A DNA stretch of 64,000 nucleotides from Candidatus Fermentibacteraceae bacterium. GTDB taxonomy: Bacteria; Fermentibacterota; Fermentibacteria; Fermentibacterales; JCC-6. This document shows positions 1-8,815 of the stretch, in pieces. Location of the stretch: the NCBI GenBank assembly GCA_027067855.1, contig JAMOUX010000026.1:16473-80472 (forward strand), in the 5' to 3' direction. The position numbers were made by a program, and so were the translations under genes. The notes under the pieces are model-generated. The model ran no database searches. It saw only the letters and a program-made list of their open reading frames with translations, and was not told the DNA's origin. Each line of letters starts with the position of its first letter. Position 1 is the stretch's first letter.

Positions 1-660
1 CGCATCCCCGCCGCTTCCCAGGAGTACCGTGGGGAATCCGGCCGAGTGGAGTCTCCGCGCGATTTCGAGGAAGTTTTTCGGAGGCCACCTCTTGGCATCG
101 GTATTCCTGATGGTGGACCTTCCTCCCCCGGGGCAGATCGCCACCGGCATTCCCTCCACCATCCCGCCTTCCCCCGCCGCTTTCCGGAGTTTCTCCACCG
201 GGAAGGGCGGAAGTTCCAGGGGAGTCTCCCCCTTCCATCCGAACAGCCTGGCATACCTTTCGGCATCGTGCTCACGCTTTCCGGTCTCGAAAGGAACCAC
301 CCTGTCCAGCCCGGCGGATGCCGTACCCTGGCCCACGGCGACGACGGGATTCACGAGGCGCAGGAACATCCTGAGAGGCAGAACCCGATGAAGGAGATAT
401 CCCGTAGAATACCGGTTTCCACGAAGTTCCAACGCCCGGGGAATCATTTTCAGTGACTTCCATCCCCTGGACAGCAGGGAATCGTCCAGGGAGAACACCC
501 GCTCCACCGGGGCGGCCAACTCGGCCAGGGGCGCCACCAGTTTCCCCGTGAGCAGGTGGATCTCCGCCGACGGATTCGCCTTCCCCAGGAACGACATTCC
601 CGGGAGGGACATGACCAAATCCCCTATGGCGTACAGTTTTATGACGAGAATACGTTCCAT
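1..660 (-). CDS. ADP-heptose:LPS heptosyltransferase (glycosyltransferase family 9), N-terminal ~220 aa; gene continues beyond window start
   Basis: Hand translation of the minus strand from the ATG at comp(658-660). It reads MERILVIKLYAIGDLVMSLPGMSFLGKANPSAEIHLLTGKLVAPLAELAAPVERVFSLDD...KRWPPKNFLEIARRLHSAGFPTVLLGSGGDA and stays open to position 1. It is absent from the ORF track because there is no stop in the window. The KRWP..NF.ELARRL...G..VVLLGG.GD signature is typical of the RfaC/RfaF/RfaQ heptosyltransferase family. Confidence 0.6.
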   Translation of the reverse strand, partial: MERILVIKLYAIGDLVMSLPGMSFLGKANPSAEIHLLTGKLVAPLAELAAPVERVFSLDDSLLSRGWKSLKMIPRALELRGNRYSTGYLLHRVLPLRMFLRLVNPVVAVGQGTASAGLDRVVPFETGKREHDAERYARLFGWKGETPLELPPFPVEKLRKAAGEGGMVEGMPVAICPGGGRSTIRNTDAKRWPPKNFLEIARRLHSAGFPTVLLGSGGDA

Positions 661-823
661 GGAACCAGGTACACCTTTCCGGAAAAGCCCTTCGGGCGAC
701 AATAGCCGCAAAGAGGACTCTCCGTCAAAGGGGCGCGCGCACTGTACAGTAAACACGAACCTTGTTTATCTTCATTGTTCGGGAACGAACGGTAACTTGC
801 CGAAAATGAAGGAGACGGTTTCA

Positions 824-2284
824 ATGAAAGTGGCCGTGGTGAACCCCCCTTTCCTGAACGGAAAGTTTTCCAGGACATCCAGATCACCGGCGATAAACAA
901 GAGCGGAACACTCTACTGGCCCTTCTGGCTGGCGCACGGTACCGGTGCGCTGGAACGGGCGGGACACGAGGTGCTGTTCCTGGATTGCCCGGCCAAGGGT
1001 ATCGGGGAAAAGGAACTCTTCCGCCTGCTCGCCGATTTCAAACCACGGATGACGGTTTTCGATACTTCCACCCCATCCATATACAGCGATCTCGAACTCG
1101 CTTCCGTCGCCGCCGGGATGATGGAGGAGAATTACGTGGTGCTGGTGGGAACCCACGCCAGCGCCCTGCCGGAGCAGTGTCTCAGGCTGGCTCCCGCGGT
1201 GGGCGCCGTGGCCCGGGGGGAATACGACGCCACCCTGGTGGAACTCGCCGATACCCTGGACGGGGGCGGCGATCCCGCGGACGTCCCCGGCATGACGGTG
1301 AACACCGGCGGACAAATCGCGGACACGGGAACGAGGAACATGATAAGCGATCTCGATTCGCTTCCCTTCCTCGCCGACGTGTACAGGAAACACCTGGATC
1401 CCCGCGACTACTTCTTCGCCGCGGCGAGGTACCCCAGCGTAATGACCATAACCAGCAGGGGCTGTCCCTTCAGGTGCTCGTTCTGCGTCTGGCCCCAGGT
1501 GATGCACCTGGGCAAGTACAGAGCCCGTTCCCCGGAACACGTGGCGGAGGAATTCAAGCTGTTCGGGGAGTATTTCCCGGAAGTGATGGAAGTGGTTATC
1601 GAAGACGACACCTTCTCCGTGGGCAGCGACAGGGTCGAACAGGTGGCGGACGCCCTGATAGCCCGGAACAACAGGCTCCCCTGGACGGCGAACGTAAGGG
1701 CCAACCTCTCTCTCGACGCCATGCGGAAAATGAAGGAAGCCGGCTGCAGGCTGATAATCGTCGGGTACGAATCGGGTTCCCAGGAGATTCTCGACTCGGT
1801 TTCGAAGGGAACCACCGTGGAACAGAACATGGAGTTCGCCGAAAGGGCGGGAAAGGCGGGGCTCCTGGTACACGGCTGCTTCATGGCGGGAAATCCCGGA
1901 GAGACCCCGGAAACCCTGGAAGAAACATTCAGGATGGCGGTTAAACTGGCTCCGGACACCGCGCAGTTCTTCCCGGTGATGGTCTACCCGGGAACCGCCC
2001 TGTATCGGCGGTACAGGGAGGAAGGAAGGTTGAAAACCGAGAATTACCGGCGGTGGGTCACCCCCGAGGGACTGCATAACTGCATCGTCGACCTCCCGCA
2101 ATTGCCCGCCGAAGTCCTCGTGCAGTGGTGTAACCAGGCCAGGAAGCGTTTCTACCTCAGACCCCGTTACCTCGCCTACAAGCTCTTCCAGTCCGCCAGG
2201 CATCCCCTAACCGAGGGACGCAGGACCCTGCGGGCCTTCGGAACTTTCAGGAAATATCTCTTCAGAAAGAACGGAAACGAGTAA
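824..2284 (+). CDS. B12-binding (cobalamin-dependent) radical SAM protein
   Basis: ORF 548..2284. GGAG sits 9 nt upstream of the ATG at 824; an alternative ATG lies at 806. MKVAVVNPPF...LAHGT resembles an N-terminal B12-binding domain. A CxxxCxxC radical SAM motif is present (SRGCPFRCSFCVWP), followed by an elongated radical SAM C-terminal region. Confidence 0.75.
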   Translation: MKVAVVNPPFLNGKFSRTSRSPAINKSGTLYWPFWLAHGTGALERAGHEVLFLDCPAKGIGEKELFRLLADFKPRMTVFDTSTPSIYSDLELASVAAGMMEENYVVLVGTHASALPEQCLRLAPAVGAVARGEYDATLVELADTLDGGGDPADVPGMTVNTGGQIADTGTRNMISDLDSLPFLADVYRKHLDPRDYFFAAARYPSVMTITSRGCPFRCSFCVWPQVMHLGKYRARSPEHVAEEFKLFGEYFPEVMEVVIEDDTFSVGSDRVEQVADALIARNNRLPWTANVRANLSLDAMRKMKEAGCRLIIVGYESGSQEILDSVSKGTTVEQNMEFAERAGKAGLLVHGCFMAGNPGETPETLEETFRMAVKLAPDTAQFFPVMVYPGTALYRRYREEGRLKTENYRRWVTPEGLHNCIVDLPQLPAEVLVQWCNQARKRFYLRPRYLAYKLFQSARHPLTEGRRTLRAFGTFRKYLFRKNGNE

Positions 2285-3423
2285 TGGAATTCTTATTCCG
2301 GGTAGCCTTCGCCTCGTTCCTCTCATCCTGGATGTTCTACCCGGCTATCCTGTTTCTTCTTTCCGCCGTCCGGCGGAAATACGACGGAAACTGGCGGAAT
2401 CCGGAAACCTGGCCTTCCGTCAGCGTACTGGTCGCCGCACGCAACGAACGAGACGTCATAGGACCGAGGATAGAGAACCTCCTGGCCCAGAACTACGACG
2501 GAAACATCCAGGTGATCGTGGGCTCGGACTGCTCCGACGACGGCACGGACCGGGTGGTCCTCTCCTACGCGGACAGGGGCGTGATGCTGCACCGAAGCGA
2601 AAGGCGGCTGGGCAAACCACGGATGATGGGCGAACTGATCGGGTACGCAACGGGGGAAATCCTGGTTTTTACCGACGCCGACACGGTGTTTGCCGACGAT
2701 ACGGTGAAAGAACTCGTCAAACCTTTCTCATTCCCCCGGGTGGGATGCGTGGACGGCAACCGCCGAAACAGCCTGGACGATGAAACCTGCGAAAGCATTT
2801 ACTGGAAATACGAAAAGAAGATAAAAAGCCTCTGTTCCGGGATGGGCGCGGTGCTGGGAGCCACCGGCGCCGTGTTTTCCATACGGAAGGAACTCTACTC
2901 TCCCCTGGCCCCGGGAAGGGGTGACGATTTCGAACTGGCGGTCATGGTGCGCCTCCGTGGATTCGACTGCGTGTTCAACCCCGACGCCGTGGCCATGGAA
3001 CCTTCCCCGGACGACGCGAGGCAGTACAGGAGGATGGTTCGCATAGTGAGCTGGATGATGATCAGCTGCCTGATGCTGATGGGAAAGGCCGCAGCAAAGG
3101 GAAAATTCTTCCTGTTCATACAGCTCCTGTTCCACAAGATGTTCAGGTGGCTTTCCGGCTTCTTCCTGCTGGCGGCGACGGCGGCCGCGGGTTTCCTGGC
3201 ATCTTCATCCCCTGCATTTCTCGTCATCTTCATCCTGCTGTCGCTCTTCCACGCGACGGCGGCCGCGGGAGCGCTGCTCCGGGAAAGACTGCCTTCGAAG
3301 CTCCTATTTCCTTATTATTTCTGGCTTATGAACGCGGCGGCCATGGATGGTATATTACGAACACTCGCGGGAAGACCCGTGGAAACGTGGGAAAAGAGGA
3401 AAAAGCAGCCCGATGAGTCGTAG
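2284..3423 (+). CDS. Glycosyltransferase family 2, membrane-anchored (exopolysaccharide/cell-envelope synthase-like)
   Basis: N-terminal TM segment, then VLVAARNERDVIGPRIENLL...VIVGSDCSDDGTD...VFTDADTV (DxD motif). C-terminal hydrophobic segments. The ATG overlaps the stop of the preceding gene, which suggests translational coupling. Confidence 0.75.
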   Translation: MEFLFRVAFASFLSSWMFYPAILFLLSAVRRKYDGNWRNPETWPSVSVLVAARNERDVIGPRIENLLAQNYDGNIQVIVGSDCSDDGTDRVVLSYADRGVMLHRSERRLGKPRMMGELIGYATGEILVFTDADTVFADDTVKELVKPFSFPRVGCVDGNRRNSLDDETCESIYWKYEKKIKSLCSGMGAVLGATGAVFSIRKELYSPLAPGRGDDFELAVMVRLRGFDCVFNPDAVAMEPSPDDARQYRRMVRIVSWMMISCLMLMGKAAAKGKFFLFIQLLFHKMFRWLSGFFLLAATAAAGFLASSSPAFLVIFILLSLFHATAAAGALLRERLPSKLLFPYYFWLMNAAAMDGILRTLAGRPVETWEKRKKQPDES

Positions 3424-4810
3424 AACCGTAATCCTCGGGGTGATTTTCGACGGCATGGCCGCTTTCCTGGCCATGGTGCTGGCGGCATGGCTGAAGTTCG
3501 ACTCCGGGCTCTTTCCCAACAGTTCCCCGGTGTCGAACACGGTGATAATTTCGGGGGCCCTCGCCTCCATTCCTTTCTGGTGGCTGGTGTTCGCCGCTTA
3601 CGGATGCTACAGGTATCACTGGGACATGAGCTGGGCCGATGAGTTGAGGCAGGTGGTGAAACCGGTGACGTCGGGGTTCATAATAATGTTCTTCGGCGCT
3701 TTCATCATACTGCCCACCGCCTCCGTGGGCAGGTGGATAATTCTCTTCTATTACGCCTTCCTCCTGGTTTTCGTATTCCTTTCCAGGGCATTCGTGAGAA
3801 TCCTGGAAAGAAGAATGGCAAAGAGGGGACTCCTTCAGCGCACGGCAGCCATCGTGGGTACGGGGGAAAGCGCCGCCGACCTCGCCGATTACCTCTGCCG
3901 GAACAAGGCGCTGGGTTACCGGATCGCGGGTTTCATCCGGCCGGAACAGGTCACGAGGAACGTGACCGTACCCGAGAACGAAATACTGGGCTCCGTCAAT
4001 GACCTTCACGACATAATACGGGAATATTCCATAAAAGAACTCCTGGTCACCATAGCCTCTAACTTCCACGACGACATTCTTTCCCTTTTCGTACCCGCGT
4101 CCGGCGCGGGAGTGAGAGTAAAGGTGGTGCCGGACATATTCGACATAGTGACCGGGCACGTGCACAGCACGCAGATAATGGGACAACCGTTCATGGAAAT
4201 ACTGCCCGAGCGCCTGAGCTTCTGGCAGAAACTCGTCAAGACCATCATCGACTACACCATAAGCATCACCGTGCTTCTTCTCGGCATGCCTCTCTGGGTT
4301 CTCATCGCGGTGGCCATAAAGCTGGATTCGAAGGGCCCGGTGTTCTACAGGCAGGAAAGGGTCGGCAAAGGGGGAAGAATTTTCAGGATATTCAAGTTCA
4401 GGAGCATGATCCATGATGCCGAAAAGATCAGCGGCCCCGTCTGGGCCGGGAAGAACGATCCCCGGATGACCAGGGTGGGAAGAATACTGAGGAAAACGCG
4501 CCTGGACGAGATTCCACAGCTTCTCAATGTTCTTAAGGGAGAAATGTCCGTCGTGGGACCAAGACCGGAAAGACCGATTTTCGTAGAGGAACTCCGGAAG
4601 AAATTCCCCTTCTACATGAAACGCCTGACCATAAAACCCGGCCTCACCGGGTGGGCCCAGGTGAAGCTGGAATACGACACCGACATGGAAAGCGTGGCCA
4701 AGAAACTCAGGTACGATTTTTTCTACATAGAGAACCAATCCATCTTCCTGGACCTCGAAATACTCGCCAGGACCCTCAAGGTGGTCCTGACCGGAGCCGG
4801 GGCCCACTAG
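3413..4810 (+). CDS. Undecaprenyl-phosphate sugar phosphotransferase (WbaP/EpsL-type bacterial sugar transferase, initiating glycosyltransferase)
   Basis: N-terminal multi-TM region. The C-terminal bacterial sugar transferase domain reads VGPRPERPIFVEELRKKFPFYMKRLTIKPGLTGWAQV. The in-frame ATG at 3413 (MSRRTV...) overlaps the stop of the upstream GT2. Confidence 0.85.
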   Translation: MSRRTVILGVIFDGMAAFLAMVLAAWLKFDSGLFPNSSPVSNTVIISGALASIPFWWLVFAAYGCYRYHWDMSWADELRQVVKPVTSGFIIMFFGAFIILPTASVGRWIILFYYAFLLVFVFLSRAFVRILERRMAKRGLLQRTAAIVGTGESAADLADYLCRNKALGYRIAGFIRPEQVTRNVTVPENEILGSVNDLHDIIREYSIKELLVTIASNFHDDILSLFVPASGAGVRVKVVPDIFDIVTGHVHSTQIMGQPFMEILPERLSFWQKLVKTIIDYTISITVLLLGMPLWVLIAVAIKLDSKGPVFYRQERVGKGGRIFRIFKFRSMIHDAEKISGPVWAGKNDPRMTRVGRILRKTRLDEIPQLLNVLKGEMSVVGPRPERPIFVEELRKKFPFYMKRLTIKPGLTGWAQVKLEYDTDMESVAKKLRYDFFYIENQSIFLDLEILARTLKVVLTGAGAH

Positions 4811-4825
4811 GAGAAAGGAATCCCC

Positions 4826-5977
4826 ATGCCTGTTCCCCTACTGGACATTCACAGACAGCACGAACCGATAATGGAACGCCTGCGCGGGGTCTTCGAAAAG
4901 GCATTGGAGACATCCGGCTTCATAAAGGGACCCGAACTCCAGGCGCTGGAAACGGAGTTCGCGGAATACTGCGGAACATCCCACGCGGTGGGCTGCGCTT
5001 CGGGCACCGACGCCCTCATACTTTCCCTTATGGCCCTGGACGTAAAACCGGGGGACATCGTGATAACCTCACCTTTCACGTTTTTCGCCTCGGCGGGCTC
5101 CATCGTGAGGGCCGGGGGCGTCCCGGCCTTCGTGGACATATTGCCCGATACCTTTAACATGGATCCATCCCTCCTGGAAGCCTTTCTTGAACGCCACTGC
5201 GCCGTCACCGACAGGGGAGTAGTGCACAAACCGTCCGGTAGCAGGGTATCGGCCGTGATGCCGGTACACCTGTTCGGCCAGCCCGCCGACATGGACGCCA
5301 TCATTCCGATCTGCCGGGAATGGGGAATCCCGGTGGTGGAAGACGCCTGCCAGTCGGTAGGAGGAGAATGGTCCGGCGGAAAAGCCGGCTCCTTCGGAGC
5401 CGCCGGATGTTTCAGTTTCTTCCCTTCGAAAAACCTGGGAGCCCTGGGCGACGGGGGCATGGTGACCACCGACGATCCCGACCTGGCACGCAAGCTCACC
5501 AGGCTCAGGGAACACGGCGGCTCGGGATACGTCCATGAAACGGTCGGTTTCAATTCCCGTCTCGACGCCATCCAGGCAGGCTTCCTGAGAGTCAAGCTGG
5601 GAGTCCTGGATTCATGGCACGAAGGGCGCAGGAGGAATGCCGCTTATTACGACGATGCTTTCCGCGACCTGGAAGAGGTGTCCGCTCCCGTGACGGACGG
5701 CAGGTCCCGTTCGGTGTACAACCAGTATACGCTTCGTGCCGGGAACCGTGACGAACTGCTGGAACACCTCAGGAAAAAGGAAATCGGATGCGCGGTATAC
5801 TATCCTCTTCCGCTGCATCTGCAACCCTGCTTCGCCTTCCTGGAATACGCAAGAGGGGATTTTCCGGAATCGGAAAAGGCTTCCGAAGAGGTGATTTCCC
5901 TGCCGGTTTTCGGCGAACTGACCACGGACGAGCTGGACCGGGTGGTGGAGGCGGTCAGGGAATTCTACGGGGGCTGA
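4826..5977 (+). CDS. DegT/DnrJ/EryC1/StrS family PLP-dependent sugar aminotransferase (ArnB/WecE-like)
   Basis: MPVPLLDIHRQHEPIMERL...ASGTDALILSL...VEDACQSVG is the canonical DegT family N-terminus. A strong SD (AGGAGAAAGGAA) lies upstream. Confidence 0.9.
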   Translation: MPVPLLDIHRQHEPIMERLRGVFEKALETSGFIKGPELQALETEFAEYCGTSHAVGCASGTDALILSLMALDVKPGDIVITSPFTFFASAGSIVRAGGVPAFVDILPDTFNMDPSLLEAFLERHCAVTDRGVVHKPSGSRVSAVMPVHLFGQPADMDAIIPICREWGIPVVEDACQSVGGEWSGGKAGSFGAAGCFSFFPSKNLGALGDGGMVTTDDPDLARKLTRLREHGGSGYVHETVGFNSRLDAIQAGFLRVKLGVLDSWHEGRRRNAAYYDDAFRDLEEVSAPVTDGRSRSVYNQYTLRAGNRDELLEHLRKKEIGCAVYYPLPLHLQPCFAFLEYARGDFPESEKASEEVISLPVFGELTTDELDRVVEAVREFYGG

Positions 5978-6739
5978 ATGTTCCCCCGCCCGGGTGCCGC
6001 GTTTCTTAATATCCTGCTTCTGGCCGGCTTCATTCCGATCTTCCCGCAGACGGCCGCGGCGGAGAAAGATTTTCCTTTTTCCCTTGCGGACGACGTGCGA
6101 GGCATGTCGGAAACCGCTCCTCTCCTGGTTCTCGGCTGGGGCGCCGTAACTTCGGCGACGGCAACGATCCTGGAAAATCCCGACGGTCACCGGGGTTTCA
6201 TGGGGGGAGGAGGCTTTCTCCACCGCGCCTCGGTCACTTGCGATCATGCCATGGGACTCCCCCTGCTGGGAGCCTCCGTCCTGACATGGTGCGCGGGAGC
6301 CCTGGCGAACGATGCGGAAACCGAGGAAAGCGGAATGATGCTCTCCGAGGGACTGCTGCTGACTTACGGAACGGTCGGGATACTTAAAACGGCGGTGGGC
6401 AGGGAACGTCCGGATGGAAGTAACAACAGAAGCTTTCCATCGGCCCACGCAGCGGGAACCGCATGCGTCGCGGCGATTCTCTGGAACAGGTACGGAAAAG
6501 CTGCGGGTATTCCGGCCTCCGCGATCGCGGCTTTCACGGCCGCATCCAGGGTTCACCTGGGCAGGCATTTCCCTTCGGACGTGATCGCGGGTTCATCCCT
6601 CGGGCTGGCGGTGGGGCTCGCCGTAGCCGCGACACGCGACGGGGATGCCGCACCGGCGGCCCTTCCATCCCTGGGGCTGGCATGGAACAGCCATAACGGA
6701 TTTCATGTATATTCAGCATATGAAAAGCAGGCTCGATAG
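5978..6739 (+). CDS. PAP2 family phosphatase (undecaprenyl-diphosphatase/phosphatidic acid phosphatase type 2-like)
   Basis: Signal-like N-terminus. PAP2 motifs are present: GRERPDGS, SFPSAHAA and SRVHLGRHFPSDV. The ATG overlaps the stop of the upstream gene. Confidence 0.75.
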   Translation: MFPRPGAAFLNILLLAGFIPIFPQTAAAEKDFPFSLADDVRGMSETAPLLVLGWGAVTSATATILENPDGHRGFMGGGGFLHRASVTCDHAMGLPLLGASVLTWCAGALANDAETEESGMMLSEGLLLTYGTVGILKTAVGRERPDGSNNRSFPSAHAAGTACVAAILWNRYGKAAGIPASAIAAFTAASRVHLGRHFPSDVIAGSSLGLAVGLAVAATRDGDAAPAALPSLGLAWNSHNGFHVYSAYEKQAR

Positions 6740-7076
6740 CTTCAGGTTCGCTTGCAGGGGCATCGTGACGCTGGCGGCAACCCAGTTCAACGCACGGATT
6801 CACCTGGCCGTGCTGGCGGCAGTCACGGCGGCGGGCTTTATTCTGGAGATATCCGCCACGGAATGGTGCCTGGTGATACTCGCATCGGCCACGGTAATCT
6901 CCATGGAGGCCATGAACAGCGCCCTCGAGTTCCTGGCCGATCATACCGCTCCCGAGTGGCACCATCGCGTGGGCAAGGCCAAAGACATGGCGGCGGCGGC
7001 GGTACTCATAACATCCGCCGGAGCGGCGGCGGTGGGTATCATCGTCTTCCTGCCGCATATACTGAATATCCTGTGA
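6720..7076 (+). CDS. dgkA: Diacylglycerol kinase / undecaprenol kinase family protein (DgkA)
   Basis: Internal ATG at 6720 of ORF 6645..7076. MKSRLDSFRFACRGIV...ISMEAMNSALEFLADH...AKDMAAAAVL is characteristic of the DgkA family. About 118 aa with 3 TM helices. Confidence 0.8.
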   Translation: MKSRLDSFRFACRGIVTLAATQFNARIHLAVLAAVTAAGFILEISATEWCLVILASATVISMEAMNSALEFLADHTAPEWHHRVGKAKDMAAAAVLITSAGAAAVGIIVFLPHILNIL

Positions 7077-7114
7077 TGTCCGGATAACGACCGGGAGATC
7101 GGAGAAGATATCGT

Positions 7115-8374
7115 ATGCTGGACCGTAACCTATTGAGAAACAACCCGCAGGCGGTCAGAACCGCCGCCGGGAACAAGGGTGAACCGTGCCCTATCGACAG
7201 GTGGACGGAACTGGACGCCAGGAGACGTTCCCTGCTGGAGCAGGTCGAAAGCCTTCGCAGGAAGCGGAATGAACTTTCCTCCATGGTCTCCGCCATGAAA
7301 AAGAAAGGACAGGACGCCGGGGAACTCATCAGGGAAAGCCGCAAGACCGGAGAGGCAATAGGCGTCCTGGAGAAGGAACTCGCAGGCGTTGACGCCGAAA
7401 TGCGGGAAGTGGAGCTGTGGTTCCCCAACCTGCCGGACCCGGACGTTCCTGTGGGAGTCGACGACTCGCATAACAAGATCCTGCGCATAAGAGGAAACGT
7501 CCGGACCGATATCCGGGTACCTCCGCACTGGGAAATACTGGGGGGACTGCTGGACACCGATGCCGCCGGTACCATCACCGGCGCGAACTTCGTACTCCTG
7601 AGAGGATGGGCGGCGAGGCTCCAGAGAATTCTCATCGACTGGATGATGGATTTCAACTCCGCAGCCGGCATGGAGGAGATATGGATGCCCTTTCTCGCCT
7701 GCAGGCAGAGCATGATAACCACCGGCCAGATACCCAAGCTGGAAGAAGACATGTACCACGTGGACGGCAACGATCTGTTCCTGGTTCCCACCGGGGAGGT
7801 TCCCCTCACGAACCTTTACAGGAATACCATCATTCCGGAAAAGAACCTTCCCATCTCTCTCTTCGGCTATTCCCCCTGTTTCAGAAAGGAAGCCGGCAGT
7901 TACGGTAAGGAAACCAGGGGCCTAAACAGGGTCCACCAGTTCGAAAAGGTGGAAATGGTCCGGATCGTGAAACCGGAGGAATCGGGGGAAGCCCACGAGA
8001 AGATGGTGGCCCACGTGGAGAAAATGCTGGAACTGCTGGAACTTCGCTGGAGGGTTTCGCTGCTCTCCACCGGGGATCTGAGCTTCGCCGCCGCCAAGTG
8101 TTACGACCTGGAAGTCTGGTCGGAAGGACAGGAGAGGTGGCTGGAGGTTTCCTCGGTATCGAACTTCCATGATTTCCAGGCGAGAAGAGGAATGATCAGG
8201 TACAGGCCCGCCGGCGGCGGTAAGCCCCGCTTCGTTCACACCCTGAACGGCTCGGCCCTGGCCCTCCCGAGAATAATCGCCGCTTTGGTGGAAAGGGGTT
8301 GGACTCCCGAAGGAGAAATAAAGCTCCCTCCGGTTCTGCTGAATTACGCAAAAGGAAACCTCGCGGCAGATTAG
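7115..8374 (+). CDS. serS: Seryl-tRNA synthetase
   Basis: MLDRNLLRNNPQAVRTAAGNKGEPCPIDRWTELDARRRSLLEQVESLRRKRNELSS is the N-terminal coiled coil typical of SerS. The length of 419 aa is also consistent. Confidence 0.9.
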   Translation: MLDRNLLRNNPQAVRTAAGNKGEPCPIDRWTELDARRRSLLEQVESLRRKRNELSSMVSAMKKKGQDAGELIRESRKTGEAIGVLEKELAGVDAEMREVELWFPNLPDPDVPVGVDDSHNKILRIRGNVRTDIRVPPHWEILGGLLDTDAAGTITGANFVLLRGWAARLQRILIDWMMDFNSAAGMEEIWMPFLACRQSMITTGQIPKLEEDMYHVDGNDLFLVPTGEVPLTNLYRNTIIPEKNLPISLFGYSPCFRKEAGSYGKETRGLNRVHQFEKVEMVRIVKPEESGEAHEKMVAHVEKMLELLELRWRVSLLSTGDLSFAAAKCYDLEVWSEGQERWLEVSSVSNFHDFQARRGMIRYRPAGGGKPRFVHTLNGSALALPRIIAALVERGWTPEGEIKLPPVLLNYAKGNLAAD

Positions 8375-8760
8375 CTTCTCAAGCCGAATCACCGGGATAA
8401 GTCATTCAGGCTCCGATATCTCCGGTTGATCGTTCTCTCCGAGAAACCGGCGAAATACGGGTTCCTCCCGCATCCTGCAACCGTGGCACGGGTTCGGATC
8501 TCCCCGACACGTTCTTTAGTGTTCCCCGAACGGGACGACCTCCAAAAATACGGCGGATCTTCCGGGAAACGATCTCAGGATTTCCGTCGGGAAACCCTGA
8601 GATCAAGGAGAATACTGTCGGGATCGAAAACCCGTACGCATTGTTCCTCACTCCCGGCTTTGGCCGACGGAACCTTGCCGAGATTGACCGGGAATCGTTA
8701 AAGGGATATACTTTTTCGCTATCGGGAATAATGGGGTATGGGAAAATAAGGCTATTTTTA

Positions 8761-8789
8761 TTGCCTGTTTGAGATATGTAATTTAATTT
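8761..8789 (+). promoter_or_regulatory. Putative sigma70-like promoter of the AT-rich island operon (-35 TTGCCT, 17 nt spacer, -10 TAATTT)
   Basis: The spacing and hexamers were read directly in the AT-rich stretch 25-55 nt upstream of the ATG at 8816. Confidence 0.3.
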
Positions 8790-8815
8790 TTGCTCCGCAT
8801 CGGGATGAAAAACGC

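Noticed and set aside
29-456. Plus-strand ORFs 29..391 and 46..456 at the window start.
   Set aside because: They are antisense to a clearly recognisable GT9 heptosyltransferase reading frame on the minus strand, and their composition is Pro/Arg/Gly-rich junk.
8375-8500. Possible tRNA at the island boundary; the sequence gggttcggatctcc resembles a T-loop.
   Set aside because: No complementary T-stem. A58 is replaced by G. No acceptor or anticodon arms can be drawn. No tRNA was found anywhere in the window.
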